Positions 41,270 through 59,707 of a stretch of 64,000 nucleotides of DNA are shown piece after piece (positions within the stretch are counted from its first letter, which is position 1; every line of letters begins with the position of its first letter). Under the pieces are notes generated by a model. The model did not search any database. It was not told the origin of the DNA and saw only the letters and a program-made list of their open reading frames with translations. The translations under genes were made by a program, and so were the position numbers. The stretch lies in the NCBI RefSeq assembly GCF_056712565.1, contig NZ_CM160072.1. One strand, written 5' to 3'.

Positions 41270-43347
41270 TATTTGCCGCCAATCGTCGCCGTCATACGGA
41301 TATGTCGGTTATCTGATAGTTCCAGATTCGACAGCACCACTAACTGCGGCAAGCTGCGGCGCAGGAAGCGAGACAATAATGGTCGCAGCGCGTGGTTCAC
41401 CAACAATACCGGCGGCGCACCCAACATCTCCTGACGGGATAGCGCTTCCTGAGTTTGCGCCAACAAGCGATCCGCCAGCCCTGGCTCCAGTCCCCCCCCG
41501 CCCTGCAATGCCTGTAGCAACAAACGTTCCAGCGGTGTATCGAGGCCAATAACATGGACTTCATCTTTGCCAGGAAACCACTGCTGGGTAATCGCCCGTC
41601 CCAACGCCACGCGCACGACGGCGGTTAATTCATGTGGATCGCTCTGAATGGGCGCATGTTCCGCCAGCGTTTCGAGAATGGTGCGCATATCGCGAATCGG
41701 CACTTTTTCATCGAGCAGATTTTGCAGCACTTTATGCAGTGTGGTAAGCGTGACGACGCCAGGAACGAGATCTTCCGTCAGCTTTGGCATCTCCTGGGCG
41801 ACGCGATCCAGCAGCTGTTGCGCCTCCTGACGACCAAACAGCTCTGCGGCATGCTGGCTAATGAGGTGGTTAAGATGCGTTGCCACCACCGTGCTGGCCT
41901 CAACCACGGTGTACCCCTGAATCTGCGCCTGTTCTTTAAGCGCACTTTCAATCCAGATAGCATTCAGGCCAAATGCCGGATCGACGGTCGCCTCACCAGG
42001 TAACGTCCCGGCAGCGGTTCCAGGGTTAATCGCCAACCAACGCCCCGGATAAGCATCACCACTGCCTATCTCCACGCCTTTCATCAAAATGCGATAGCGG
42101 GCAGGTTGCAGATCCATATTGTCGCGAATGTGCACCACTGGCGGCAGAAACCCCATCTCCTGGGCAAATTTCTTGCGGATACTGCGTATACGGCCCAACA
42201 ACTCACCATCCTGCTGGAAATCGACCATCGGGATCAGTCGATAACCCACTTCCATTCCCAGAGAATCTTCCAGTTGTACATCGTTCCACGTCGCTTCGAC
42301 AACGGTATTATTCTCTGCCATTTTTACCGGTTTTGGTTCGGCAGGCGCTTTTTGTTCACGTCCGCGGATCCACCAGGCCAGTCCCAGCAATCCGGCAGTG
42401 AACAGCAAAAATACCAGGTTCGGCATTCCAGGCACCAGGCCGAGTAAACCGAGCACGGCGGCGCTTAATAACATAACGCTTGGGTTACTGAAAAGCTGAT
42501 TCACCATCTGCTCGCCAACATCCTGATCGGTGCTGACACGTGTAACGATGACGCCCGCGGCGGTAGAAATCACCAGTGCCGGGATTTGTGCCACCAGACC
42601 GTCGCCAATGGTCAATAGCGTATAACTTTCCGCCGCGTGCCCCATGCTCATGCCATGTTGCAGCACACCGACCAGCAATCCGCCGACAACGTTAATGACC
42701 ATGATGAGGATCCCGGCGATGGCATCGCCGCGAACAAACTTACTTGCCCCGTCCATCGAGCCGTAAAAATCGGCTTCCTGAGTCACTTCGGAGCGGCGTT
42801 TTTTCGCTTCATCTTCACCAATCAATCCAGCGTTAAGGTCGGCGTCAATCGCCATCTGCTTACCCGGCATACCATCGAGAACAAAGCGCGCGCCCACTTC
42901 CGCAATACGCCCGGCACCTTTGGTGATAACCATAAAGTTGATGATCACGAGAATGACGAACACCACGATACCGATAGCGAAATTGCCACCAACGAGGAAG
43001 TGACCGAACGCTTCGACCACCTTTCCAGCCGCCGCCGCGCCGGTATGCCCTTCCATCAAAATGATACGGGTTGAAGCCACGTTAAGTGCCAGACGCAACA
43101 GCGTGGTAAACAACAGGATGGTCGGAAACGCAGCAAACTCAAGCGTGCGCTGGGTAAACATCGCCACCAGCAACACCATGATCGACAAGGCAATATTGAA
43201 GGTAAACAGCAGGTCGAGTATGAATGCGGGCAGTGGCAGTACCATCATCGACAAGATCAACAGGATCAAAATCGGTCCGGCAAGGATCTGCCATTGTGTC
43301 GATTTCAGGTTTGCAGGCAGGCGCAGCATCGCGGCCAGATTACTCAT
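41269..43347 (-). CDS. flhA: Flagellar export apparatus protein FlhA
   Basis: Start taken at ATG 43347 (MSNLAAMLRLPANLKSTQWQ..., 692 aa); track ORF carries a 25-codon extension. Confidence 0.95.
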   Translation of the reverse strand: MSNLAAMLRLPANLKSTQWQILAGPILILLILSMMVLPLPAFILDLLFTFNIALSIMVLLVAMFTQRTLEFAAFPTILLFTTLLRLALNVASTRIILMEGHTGAAAAGKVVEAFGHFLVGGNFAIGIVVFVILVIINFMVITKGAGRIAEVGARFVLDGMPGKQMAIDADLNAGLIGEDEAKKRRSEVTQEADFYGSMDGASKFVRGDAIAGILIMVINVVGGLLVGVLQHGMSMGHAAESYTLLTIGDGLVAQIPALVISTAAGVIVTRVSTDQDVGEQMVNQLFSNPSVMLLSAAVLGLLGLVPGMPNLVFLLFTAGLLGLAWWIRGREQKAPAEPKPVKMAENNTVVEATWNDVQLEDSLGMEVGYRLIPMVDFQQDGELLGRIRSIRKKFAQEMGFLPPVVHIRDNMDLQPARYRILMKGVEIGSGDAYPGRWLAINPGTAAGTLPGEATVDPAFGLNAIWIESALKEQAQIQGYTVVEASTVVATHLNHLISQHAAELFGRQEAQQLLDRVAQEMPKLTEDLVPGVVTLTTLHKVLQNLLDEKVPIRDMRTILETLAEHAPIQSDPHELTAVVRVALGRAITQQWFPGKDEVHVIGLDTPLERLLLQALQGGGGLEPGLADRLLAQTQEALSRQEMLGAPPVLLVNHALRPLLSRFLRRSLPQLVVLSNLELSDNRHIRMTATIGGK

Positions 43348-44488
43348 GGGTCGGTTTCTCGTTAATAAAATCCAGGGCTTCCGGCACCGGAAGATGTGTA
43401 GGTTGTACAGGGCGTTGTCCACCAGCCAGACGCCAGCGTTTCAGTTGCCAGACCCAGGCCAGCACTTCCGCCACCGCGGCGTACAGTTGACCCGGGATTT
43501 GTTGACCGATCTCCGCATGTCGATACAGCGCACGCGCCAGCGGCGGCGCTTCAAGCGTCGGGACGTTATTTTCAGCGCCAATTTCACGAATGCGCAGCGC
43601 GACCAGCCCTGCACCTTTAGCGACCACTTTCGGTGCGCTCATTTTGTTTTCGTCATACTGCAACGCTACCGAATAGTGGGTCGGGTTATTGACAATGACA
43701 TCCGCTTTCGGCACATCGGCCATCATCCGACGCCGTGCGGCCGCTCGCTGCATCTGACGGATCCGCCCTTTAACATGGGGGTCGCCTTCGCTTTGTTTGA
43801 ACTCATCACGAATATCCTGCCGTGACATTCGCAGCTTTTTCAGGTGGCTGAAGATTTGGAAAAAGACGTCAAATCCCACCATTGGAATGACACCAAGCAC
43901 CACCAGCAGCGCGCATAGCCCTACCAGATCCATCGCATTACCCATGGCGGTAATCGGAGACTCGGCCATTAAGCGCATCATCTGCGGCCAGTGATGCCAG
44001 AGAAAAAACCCCGTCACGCTGCCAACCAGGATGGTTTTCAAAATTGCCTTAAGCAACTCCGCGCCAGTCTGTGCCGAGAACATCCGTTTAATGCCCGGTA
44101 GCGGGTTGAGTTTGGAAAACTTCGGCTGCAAGGATTTTCCGCTAAATACCAGCCCCCCCAGCATAACCGGAGAAATAATCGCCACCAGCACCACGCCGCT
44201 AATCAGCGGTAGCAGCGCCAGCATGGCTTCTCTGATCAGCAGAATAATCTGCCCGAGGATCAGATTCGGGTCATTGATAATACTGTGATCAAAATGCAGC
44301 CCTGCGGAGAGCATGCCCGACAATCGACGGGCCAGCGACACACCGCCAAACCAGATAACACTAACGCCCACCAGCAAAATCAGCAGTGAAGTCAGTTCAC
44401 GGGAACGCGGGATTTGCCCCTCTTCCCGCGCTTTTTCTAGTCGGTGAGGTGTGGGGGCTTCTGTTTTGTCGTCGCTCTCGTCAGACAC
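43340..44488 (-). CDS. flhB: Flagellar export apparatus protein FlhB
   Basis: 382 aa; NPTH autocleavage motif; overlaps the flhA start by 8 nt. Confidence 0.95.
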   Translation of the reverse strand: MSDESDDKTEAPTPHRLEKAREEGQIPRSRELTSLLILLVGVSVIWFGGVSLARRLSGMLSAGLHFDHSIINDPNLILGQIILLIREAMLALLPLISGVVLVAIISPVMLGGLVFSGKSLQPKFSKLNPLPGIKRMFSAQTGAELLKAILKTILVGSVTGFFLWHHWPQMMRLMAESPITAMGNAMDLVGLCALLVVLGVIPMVGFDVFFQIFSHLKKLRMSRQDIRDEFKQSEGDPHVKGRIRQMQRAAARRRMMADVPKADVIVNNPTHYSVALQYDENKMSAPKVVAKGAGLVALRIREIGAENNVPTLEAPPLARALYRHAEIGQQIPGQLYAAVAEVLAWVWQLKRWRLAGGQRPVQPTHLPVPEALDFINEKPTHE

Positions 44489-44696
44489 GTCGCCAATCCT
44501 GGAAAGAGTATTAAGCGTAAATGATGCCAGAGCGCAAAGCGTTCAATGGTTTGAGTAAGGGGCAAAACAGGCGGGATTTAGGGCTTTTGCCACAGCACAT
44601 CAGGCATGGTGACATGTTTGTCGGGTACGGCGTAAACGCCTTATCCAACCTTGAAGATCTGATGTGACGCGGCCACGTCACATCAGGCAATACAAA

Positions 44697-45341
44697 TCAA
44701 AATCCAAGACTATCCAACAAATCGTCCACCTGATCCTGACTGGCTACCACACCGGCTTTGCTGGTATCGACCTGAGGTCCATTAAGCAAACTCTGGTTTT
44801 CACGTTTTGGACGCGACTCCTGTTCCGGGATGTTTTCCAACAGCACCATCAGCAACTGACGTTCGATCTCCTGAATGACATCCATCATCCGCTTAATGAC
44901 CTGTCCGGTGAGATCCTGAAAATCCTGCGCCATCATGATTTCCAGCAGTTGCGCGTTAGTAAAGCTGGTATGCGCGGGGACATCTGCCAGAAATTGCCGC
45001 GTGTCTGTTACCAGTTCACGGGCGTCGGCAAGGTCAATCGGATCGGCAAACCAGTCATCCCAACGTTGGGTTAACGCTTTTGCTGATTTCTCCATTTGAT
45101 CCTGATGCGGTTGTGACGCCTCAACACTGTTCAGCGCCCGCTCCGCAGCCTGGGCGGTCATCTGCACAACATAGTACAAACGATCGCGCGCATCGGGGAT
45201 GGCTTCCGCTGCTTCGGCAATGGCCTGATCCAGCCCCAGCTCCCGCAAACTGTCGCGCAGCATACGCGTCAGGCTGCCGATGCGCGCAATGATATCGCCA
45301 GCTGAATGCTCGTCAGCAGGTTTGATTGATGGTTGCATCAT
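44697..45341 (-). CDS. cheZ: CheY-P phosphatase CheZ
   Basis: Start taken at internal Met ([16 protein letters not shown], 214 aa). Confidence 0.95.
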
Positions 45342-45351
45342 AGTCGCATCC

Positions 45352-46805
<1,454 letters not shown>

Positions 46806-46807
46806 CG

Positions 46808-47668
46808 TTAATCCTTACTTAGCGCATACACCGTCTGACCACGCAGCGTGAAGCGGCGCTCAAGGTGGCTAAAGTTTTCAGAGTGACCCGCAAACAGCAA
46901 TCCGTCGGGTTTAAGGAGCGGAACAAAGCGGCGCAAAATCTTCTGCTGGGTAGTTTGATCGAAGTAGATCATGACGTTACGACAGAAGATCGCATCAAAC
47001 GGCCCCGGCACGGTGTACTGTTTCGCCAGTAAATTCAGCGGGGCAAAATCAACATAGTTCGCCAGCTCCTGACGCACGCGTACCAGCCCTTCATGCGGTC
47101 CCGTCCCTCGCATGAAATACCGTTGCAGTTGCTGCGGCGTCAGTTTTTTCAACTCTTCATGGCGATAAATACCGCTTCTGGCTTTTTCCAGCACTTCGGT
47201 GTCGATATCGCTGGCAAACACTTTCCAGCGTCCGGGCGCGGTGCCCAATGTATCAGCCAGCGTCATCGCTATGCTGTACGGCTCTTCGCCGGTTGAAGCC
47301 GCCGCGCTCCATACGCGATACTCGCCAGAACGGCGACGTGCGTGATCCGCGAGCAGAGGAAAATGGTGTGCCTCACGGAAAAATGCCGTCAGATTCGTGG
47401 TCAGCGAATTGATAAACGCCTGCCACTCACCGCTGTGCTGATTAGATTCCAGCAAGTTCAGGTAATGACCGAAATCCGCCAGTCCCAGCGCACGCAAACG
47501 ACGAACCAGTCGGTTGTAAACCATGTCGCGTTTATGGTCAGCCAGAACGATCCCGGCTCGTTGATAGATCAATTGACTTATCCGCCGAAAATGCGCGTCG
47601 GAAAGCGCCAGGCGCTCGGTCATCTGTAACAATAAAGACGTTTGCCCACAGGGCAGAGATGAAGTCAT
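46808..47668 (-). CDS. cheR: Chemotaxis methyltransferase CheR
   Basis: 286-aa ORF matching CheR. Confidence 0.95.
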   Translation of the reverse strand: MTSSLPCGQTSLLLQMTERLALSDAHFRRISQLIYQRAGIVLADHKRDMVYNRLVRRLRALGLADFGHYLNLLESNQHSGEWQAFINSLTTNLTAFFREAHHFPLLADHARRRSGEYRVWSAAASTGEEPYSIAMTLADTLGTAPGRWKVFASDIDTEVLEKARSGIYRHEELKKLTPQQLQRYFMRGTGPHEGLVRVRQELANYVDFAPLNLLAKQYTVPGPFDAIFCRNVMIYFDQTTQQKILRRFVPLLKPDGLLFAGHSENFSHLERRFTLRGQTVYALSKD

Positions 47669-47686
47669 AGCGCCTTCTCAATCACT

Positions 47687-47913
47687 TCAGGATACCACTG
47701 GCGCAATTTGTAACTGCGCCGACTCATGTCGTGCTACTTCATGTTCTTCAAGGGTAAATACCGCCACACGCGACGAAAGATGGTCGGCCTGATTCAGTCG
47801 TTGCAAATCGTCGCGAAATGCCCAAAAGACATGCCGTTACTGCCAATCTGCAAGATCCCGCAGAGAATCAAAATTAAAAACAGCGTGGTCGAAATTCGAA
47901 TACGATTAAACAT
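47687..47913 (-). pseudogene. tap: Remnant of MCP gene tap (dipeptide chemoreceptor): internal deletion plus frameshift
   Basis: Minus strand from ATG 47913 encodes MFNRIRISTTLFLILILCGILQIGSNGMSF and stops after 40 codons (stop 47794-47796). A different frame encodes a C-terminal tail ...ADHLSSRVAVFTLEEHEVARHESAQLQIAPVVS ending at 47687-47689. Only about 230 bp remain where a 1.6-kb MCP gene is expected. Confidence 0.7.
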
Positions 47914-47958
47914 CAACGCTCCCCATCAGGCGGCAATGACCGCTTTAGTAAATACTCG

Positions 47959-49620
47959 TCAAAATGTTTCCCAGTTTGGATCTTGTTCAGCAATTCGCAG
48001 TCGTGGCTGTGCCGGTGGTTGCTCACTGGCAGGACGGGATGGTGTTTGCGGTTTATTGGTGAGTGGGCTGGCTGCCAGACGGAACGCGGAAACCGCTTGC
48101 GTTAAACGACTCGCCTGTTCTTCCAGCGCAGCTGCGGCGGCAGCTGATTCCTGCACCAGCGATGCGTTCTGTTGCGTGACGCGATCCATTTCCGAAACCG
48201 CCAATGCGACTTGATCGATGCCACGGCTCTGTTCATCCGATGCTGATGCAATCTCGCCCATAATGTCAGTCACGCGAGTGACAGCATTGACGATATTGTT
48301 CATTGTTTCCCCAGCGCTTTCGACCAGCACCGAACCGGTATCAACGCGCGAGACGGAGTCTTCAATGAGGACTTTGATCTCTTTTGCCGCCTGTGCACTG
48401 CGACTGGCAAGATTACGCACTTCACCCGCCACCACGGCAAAACCACGGCCCTGTTCACCCGCTCGCGCGGCTTCAACAGCGGCATTCAGCGCGAGGATAT
48501 TAGTCTGGAAGGCAATACCATCGATAACGCTGATAATGTCGGCAATTTTCTTCGAACTATCGGCGATCTCATGCATCGTTTTCACTACGCCATCCACCAC
48601 TTTGCCGCCGTGCTGGGCGGTGTCGGAGGCACTTTGCGCCAGTTGCGAGGCCTGGCGGGCGTTATCGGCGTTTTGCTTCACTGTCGCGGTGAGCTGCTCC
48701 ATGCTGGCGGCAGTTTCTTCCAGCGCGGATGCCTGCTGTTCAGTACGGGAGGAAAGATCGGTGTTGCCCGCCGCAATTTCACGGGTACCGGCATAGATGG
48801 CATCTGAACCTTCGCGCACATGAGTGACGGTGTCAGTCAAAGAGCGTTGCATATGTGAAACGCTCTGCGCCAGGTCGCCCATTTCACTGCGCCCGTCAAT
48901 GGTCAGGGTATTCGCCAGGTTACCACCGGCAATTTCGCGAATATGCGCAATAATTTTTGCCAGCGGTGTAAGCAACATACGGCGAATGCCGTACCACGCC
49001 ACCAGCAGAATCAATACCACCACCAGCGCGATAACCGCCAGTTGCCACTGGGCAAATCGGTAATCATCTGCGTTGTCAGTGACGATATCGCGATACAGTT
49101 TTTCACTGCTGAGGGCGTACTGAGCAAACGCTTCGCCCATTGCATTTTGCATTCCCTGGGTTGGCTGAGCGAAATAAGCTCCAGTATTGCCATAATCAAG
49201 ATAATCAATCAGTTCAGTTAACGCTGTGTGATAGTTTTTATATTTTTCATCAATATTACGACTGGTAGCGACCATTTCAGGTAACGGTGCCATGCTTTTG
49301 AATTTTTTATAATGAGTCGCGGCCTGGGCCAATGTTTTCCTGGCACTATCGAGCAACTCAACTTTGGCATTACTTTGCTGATTGGATGAATCCATCATCA
49401 TCCGCACCGCTGAACGACTCAGGTTAATGCGCGTTTGTAGCATTAAATCCCATGTTGACGTCAGCTCGCCCTGCTGTTCCCGTAATTGATTGGAAACCAC
49501 AAAGCTCTTCTGGCTATGGTGAAGGGAAGAAAAAAACAGACTGCCGGAAATAAGCTGTAACAGTGCGAATACCCCCAGCACCATTACCAACAGCGTGACT
49601 ACGCGGATACGGTTAATCAT
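47959..49620 (-). CDS. tar: Methyl-accepting chemotaxis protein II (aspartate/maltose receptor Tar)
   Basis: Start taken at [18 protein letters not shown] (553 aa); C-terminal NWETF pentapeptide. Confidence 0.92.
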   Translation of the reverse strand: MINRIRVVTLLVMVLGVFALLQLISGSLFFSSLHHSQKSFVVSNQLREQQGELTSTWDLMLQTRINLSRSAVRMMMDSSNQQSNAKVELLDSARKTLAQAATHYKKFKSMAPLPEMVATSRNIDEKYKNYHTALTELIDYLDYGNTGAYFAQPTQGMQNAMGEAFAQYALSSEKLYRDIVTDNADDYRFAQWQLAVIALVVVLILLVAWYGIRRMLLTPLAKIIAHIREIAGGNLANTLTIDGRSEMGDLAQSVSHMQRSLTDTVTHVREGSDAIYAGTREIAAGNTDLSSRTEQQASALEETAASMEQLTATVKQNADNARQASQLAQSASDTAQHGGKVVDGVVKTMHEIADSSKKIADIISVIDGIAFQTNILALNAAVEAARAGEQGRGFAVVAGEVRNLASRSAQAAKEIKVLIEDSVSRVDTGSVLVESAGETMNNIVNAVTRVTDIMGEIASASDEQSRGIDQVALAVSEMDRVTQQNASLVQESAAAAAALEEQASRLTQAVSAFRLAASPLTNKPQTPSRPASEQPPAQPRLRIAEQDPNWETF

Positions 49621-49651
49621 AAGGCACCTTCCTGAAAACAAGTTGATCTCG

Positions 49652-49678
49652 TTATCGGCAAGGAGGGGGGAAACTTTA
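49652..49678 (-). promoter_or_regulatory. Sigma-28 (FliA) class 3 promoter of the tar-cheRBYZ operon
   Basis: Minus strand TAAAGTTT-N11-GCCGATAA, a perfect match to the sigma-28 consensus, about 30 bp upstream of the tar start. Confidence 0.88.
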
Positions 49679-49708
49679 TTGCTGATGCCACCCGCCGCGA
49701 AATTGAAA

Positions 49709-49738
49709 TAAAAAACCCGATGCGCAGATCATCGGGTT
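49709..49738 (-). terminator. Intrinsic terminator downstream of cheW
   Basis: Minus strand ACCCGATGATCTGCGCATCGGGT followed by TTTTTT. Confidence 0.8.
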
Positions 49739-49764
49739 CATTTCAATTGAGGAAATCGGGAGAA

Positions 49765-50268
49765 TTACGCCACTTCTGACGCCGCGCTATCTAACAGCGC
49801 CATCTCTTCGCTGTTCAGCAGTTTTTCGATGTTCACCAGAATCAACATGCGGTCGCCCAGTGCGCCCAGTCCTGTGAGATATTCGGTTGAAAGCGTCACG
49901 GCAAATTCCGGTGCCGGACGAATTTGCTCCGCCGTCAATGAAAGCACGTCTGAGACGCCGTCAACCACGATGCCGACCACCCGCTGTCCGAGATTCAGGA
50001 CGATAACTACCGTGTTGTCGTTATAGTCCACATCCACCTGGCTGAACTTAATTCGTAAGTCAACAATCGGCACAATAACGCCGCGCAGATTCGTGACGCC
50101 TTTGATAAACGCTGGCGTGTTCGCAATCCGTGTCACCTGATCGTAGCCACGGATCTCCTGCACTTTCAGAATATCAATACCGTACTCTTCATCACCAAGG
50201 GTAAATACCAGAAATTCCTGGCCTGACGGCTCGCTGGCCAGCTTTGTTACATTCGTCATACCGGTCAT
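49765..50268 (-). CDS. cheW: Chemotaxis coupling protein CheW
   Basis: 167-aa ORF matching CheW. Confidence 0.95.
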
Positions 50269-50288
50269 ATTGTTACCTTTTTACTCAT

Positions 50289-53180
<2,892 letters not shown>

Positions 53181-53184
<4 letters not shown>

Positions 53185-54068
53185 GCTTCCTCGGTTGTCG
53201 TCTGTTGTTGCGGATTTTTCACCGCACGCACATGCTCTTCCAGCTCAATAAACGACGGACGTTCGCTGGAATAGAGCGTTTTGCGACCAAACTCAACGGC
53301 GATAGGCGGTGCGTAACCGTTCAGATTAGAAAGCAGAGTGACTTTGACGCACTGCATCATTTTGCTGGTTTCGGCGCTTTTCTGACGTAAAACACTCGCT
53401 AATGGGGAAATAAATCCGTAAGCCAATAAAATACCGAGGAAAGTCCCCACCATCGCATGAGCGATAAGCGCCCCCAGCTCGGCGGCAGGACGATCGGCTG
53501 AACCTAACGCGTGAACGACCCCCATTACAGCCGCAACAATACCAAACGCCGGAAGTGAGTCCCCGACCAGCGCCAGACTGTTCGCCGGGACTTCTGCCTC
53601 GCTTTCGTGCGTCTCAATCTCTTCATCCATCAGAGCTTCGATTTCGAAGGTGTTCATGTGACCGCTGATAATCAGGCGCAGATAATCGACGATAAATTCA
53701 AGCATGACGCTATCCGCAAGGATGCGTGGGTAGCTGGCGAAGATCTCGCTCTCACGGGGATTTTCAATATCGCGTTCCAGCGAAAACATCCCCATCTGCC
53801 GCGATTTCGCCATCAACCGATAAAGCAGAGCCAGCAGATCCATATACATTGCTTTGGTGTATTTGGAGCGACGAAACAGCAACGGCAGCGCCTTCAGCGT
53901 GCCTTTAATCGCTTTGCCATTATTGCCGACGATAAACGACCCAATCCCTGCACCGGCAATAATCACCAGTTCAGCGGGTTGATAGAGTGCTCCAAGGCTT
54001 CCACCGGTCATCAAATAACCGCCGAAAACTGTACCGAGAACAACCAGGTAACCTAATAAGATAAGCAC
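53181..54068 (-). CDS. motA: Flagellar motor stator protein MotA
   Basis: 295-aa membrane protein; stop overlaps the motB start by 4 nt. Confidence 0.95.
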
Positions 54069-54137
54069 GACATCATCCTTCCACTGTTGACCATGACAGG
54101 ATGTTCAGTCGTCAGGCGTTAACACGCGATAGGGGCA

Positions 54138-54231
54138 AAAGAAAGCAGCGGTACATCGTTACCGCTGCTGGAATGTTTCGCCACACCGTATCAGTTAAAC
54201 AGCCTGTACTCTCTGTTCATCCAGCAGTTGT
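54138..54231 (-). ncRNA. motR: Candidate MotR-like sRNA from the motA leader (ends approximate)
   Basis: Sigma-28 promoter at 54238-54264 inside flhC, followed about 90 nt downstream by hairpin GCAGCGGTA...TACCGCTGC plus TTTCTTTTG (54138-54169), upstream of the motA start. Confidence 0.45.
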
Positions 54232-54773
54232 GGGATAATATCGGCAGGATTCTGGGAAAGTTTACGTCTTTTTACTGCCCGGGATGGCGGCTGACATAAG
54301 CTGCAGGCAAAGCTGCCAACAGGCTGGTGAGCATGGGTAATAAAATTGCCGCCGCAGCAGTTGCAGCTGGAAAGTTGCAGTAATCCACTTTCAACAAACC
54401 GCACCAATGTCCAGGCACGGGTTAATGCCAGCAGCGGTCCTTCTTCTGCTTGCGGGCACTGTTCAAGGTATAAACGGTAGGCTTTGATCACCGCATCGAC
54501 GCCATTACACAAGCCAGTTTTCAGTAAAAACTGCCATGCATTACAGAACATCGAAGCATGAACGTTTTGTTCCCAGGTCATAAACCAGTCGGTTGAAAAT
54601 GGCAGCATGCCTTTCGGCGGTGGGCTTCCGCGCAGTTCTTTATAGAGTTTTATCAGACGTCCGCGACTTAACTGTGTTTCGCTTTCCAGCATCTGCAAAC
54701 GAGCGCCCAGGGTGATCAATTCCATTGCCAGCTGAATATCCCGCGCTTCCTGAACAATGCTTTTTTCACTCAT
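54195..54773 (-). CDS. flhC: Flagellar master regulator subunit FlhC
   Basis: 192 aa; C-terminal zinc-binding cysteines (CNCCGGNF...CSLC). Confidence 0.95.
54238..54264 (-). promoter_or_regulatory. Sigma-28 promoter embedded in the 3' end of flhC
   Basis: Minus strand TAAACTTT-N11-GCCGATAT, one mismatch in each element from the sigma-28 consensus. Confidence 0.7.
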
Positions 54774-54775
54774 GA

Positions 54776-55126
54776 TCAGGCCCTTTTCTTGCGCAGCGCT
54801 TCTTCAGGCTGATTAACATCATTCAGCAAGCGTGTTGAGAGCATGATGCCGGTATGAATTTGCTGGAGATCGTCAACGCGGGAATCTTGCGTCAACTGAG
54901 TAATCGTCTGGTGGCTGTCAAAACGGAAGTGACAAACCAGTTGATTGGTTTCTGCCAGCTTAACCATTTGCGGAAGAGTCAGTGCCGCTAACGTTGTCGC
55001 CATTTCTTCATTTATGCCGAGACGAAACATAGCGGACGCTTTGTCCTGAACAATCAGACGCTGTGCAAGTAGTAAATATGACAAGTTGATGTCATAAATG
55101 TGTTTCAGCAACTCGGAGGTATGCAT
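54776..55126 (-). CDS. flhD: Flagellar master regulator subunit FlhD
   Basis: Start taken at [18 protein letters not shown] (116 aa). Confidence 0.95.
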
Positions 55127-55384
55127 TATTCCCACCCAGAATAACCAACTTTATTTTTATGCGGTCTCACCGCACCCCGTGATGTCGCCGGGAAGCCCCG
55201 GTAAAAAATAATTAGCATTAGAATAGTTGCGATAAGCTGCAATAAGCAGACCCACCTTTTTGGTTTAATAAGTCCTTACAAATAGAAGGGGGTCTTTACA
55301 CTTATCTAAGATTTTTCCTAAATCGACGCAACTGTACTCGTCACTACACGCACATACAACGGAGGGGGGCTGCGATTTTCAATA

Positions 55385-55406
55385 ATGTGTGATGCAGATC
55401 ACACAA
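55385..55406. promoter_or_regulatory. CRP binding site in the flhDC regulatory region
   Basis: TGTGA-TGCAGA-TCACA, perfect CRP half-sites with 6-bp spacer, about 265 bp upstream of the flhD start. Confidence 0.8.
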
Positions 55407-55905
55407 AACGCTCAATTACTTAACATAAATGTATAAGTCATACTTTTGTTTTGGGTGTATTTCAATCTGTTAAAAAATTTTTCGCTACACTGGCAAGCAA
55501 AAATGAAACAGGAATAATCGAAATGGGATGTTGCGCACAGTTAAAATAACTCACCGTAAATAATCATCTGCTATAAATAATCGCTTTAATGCAATACCAG
55601 ATAAGCCATTTTTAAACAAACACTTACCGCACAACAAACTAATTAACTACAAAGAAAGGCAACAATCAACCCAATGTTAATAAAATGTTTTACATATATT
55701 AACCACTTGTTCAATATGGGAAATCAGTACATTATTTTCTTATAAATACAGTTGAAATCATATGATAACCAAGAGCAATTGATTAATTGTATTTACTAAT
55801 GACCAGACTAATATTTACCTGTTTAACTGAGTTGGGATTGCGTCGTTTCTCCATTAGGAGTAAAGCTTTAATGTCACCTGAAGTTCACAGAATAAGGAAC
55901 AGGTT

Positions 55906-56334
55906 ATGAGCTATAGCAATATTCTTGTCGCCGTTGCGGTTACACCGGAAAGTCAGCAACTGCTGGCAAAAGCGGTATCTATCGCCAGGCCAGTAAAGGG
56001 ACACATCAGTTTAATTACTCTCGCTTCCGACCCGGAAATGTACAATCAATTAGCTGCGCCGATGCTTGAAGATTTACGCAATGTGATGCAGGAAGAAACG
56101 CAAAGCTTTCTTGATAAGTTAATTCAGGATGCGGGGTATCCCGTTGACAAGACGTTTATTGCCTACGGTGAGTTAAGCGAACATATTCTGGAAGTTTGTC
56201 GCAAACATCATTTCGATTTGGTGATTTGCGGTAATCACAATCACAGTTTCTTTTCGCGAGCATCCTGCTCGGCGAAAAGAGTGATTACCTCAAGTGAGGT
56301 CGATGTGCTGTTAGTTCCACTTACGGGAGATTAA
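55906..56334 (+). CDS. uspC: Universal stress protein C
   Basis: 142-aa ORF matching UspC. Confidence 0.9.
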   Translation: MSYSNILVAVAVTPESQQLLAKAVSIARPVKGHISLITLASDPEMYNQLAAPMLEDLRNVMQEETQSFLDKLIQDAGYPVDKTFIAYGELSEHILEVCRKHHFDLVICGNHNHSFFSRASCSAKRVITSSEVDVLLVPLTGD

Positions 56335-56340
56335 CCGCAC

Positions 56341-59696
<3,356 letters not shown>

Positions 59697-59707
59697 ACTC
59701 TCCTTAC

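Noticed and set aside
44655-44690. Hairpin CTGATGTGACGCGGCCACGTCACATCAG just downstream of cheZ, considered as a terminator
   Set aside because: No U-run follows on either strand; it looks like a REP-like palindrome rather than a canonical intrinsic terminator, so it is not listed as a feature.
47726-48214. 162-aa plus-strand ORF spanning the tap remnant and the 3' end of tar
   Set aside because: Antisense to tar and to the tap scar; Ala/Cys/Ser-rich low-complexity translation; no start context. The minus-strand chemoreceptor reading explains the region.
54069-54137. Expected sigma-28 promoter for motA in the flhC-motA intergenic spacer
   Set aside because: No TAAAGTTT-N11-GCCGATAA match in the spacer itself; the sigma-28 motif is instead inside the flhC 3' end (54238-54264).
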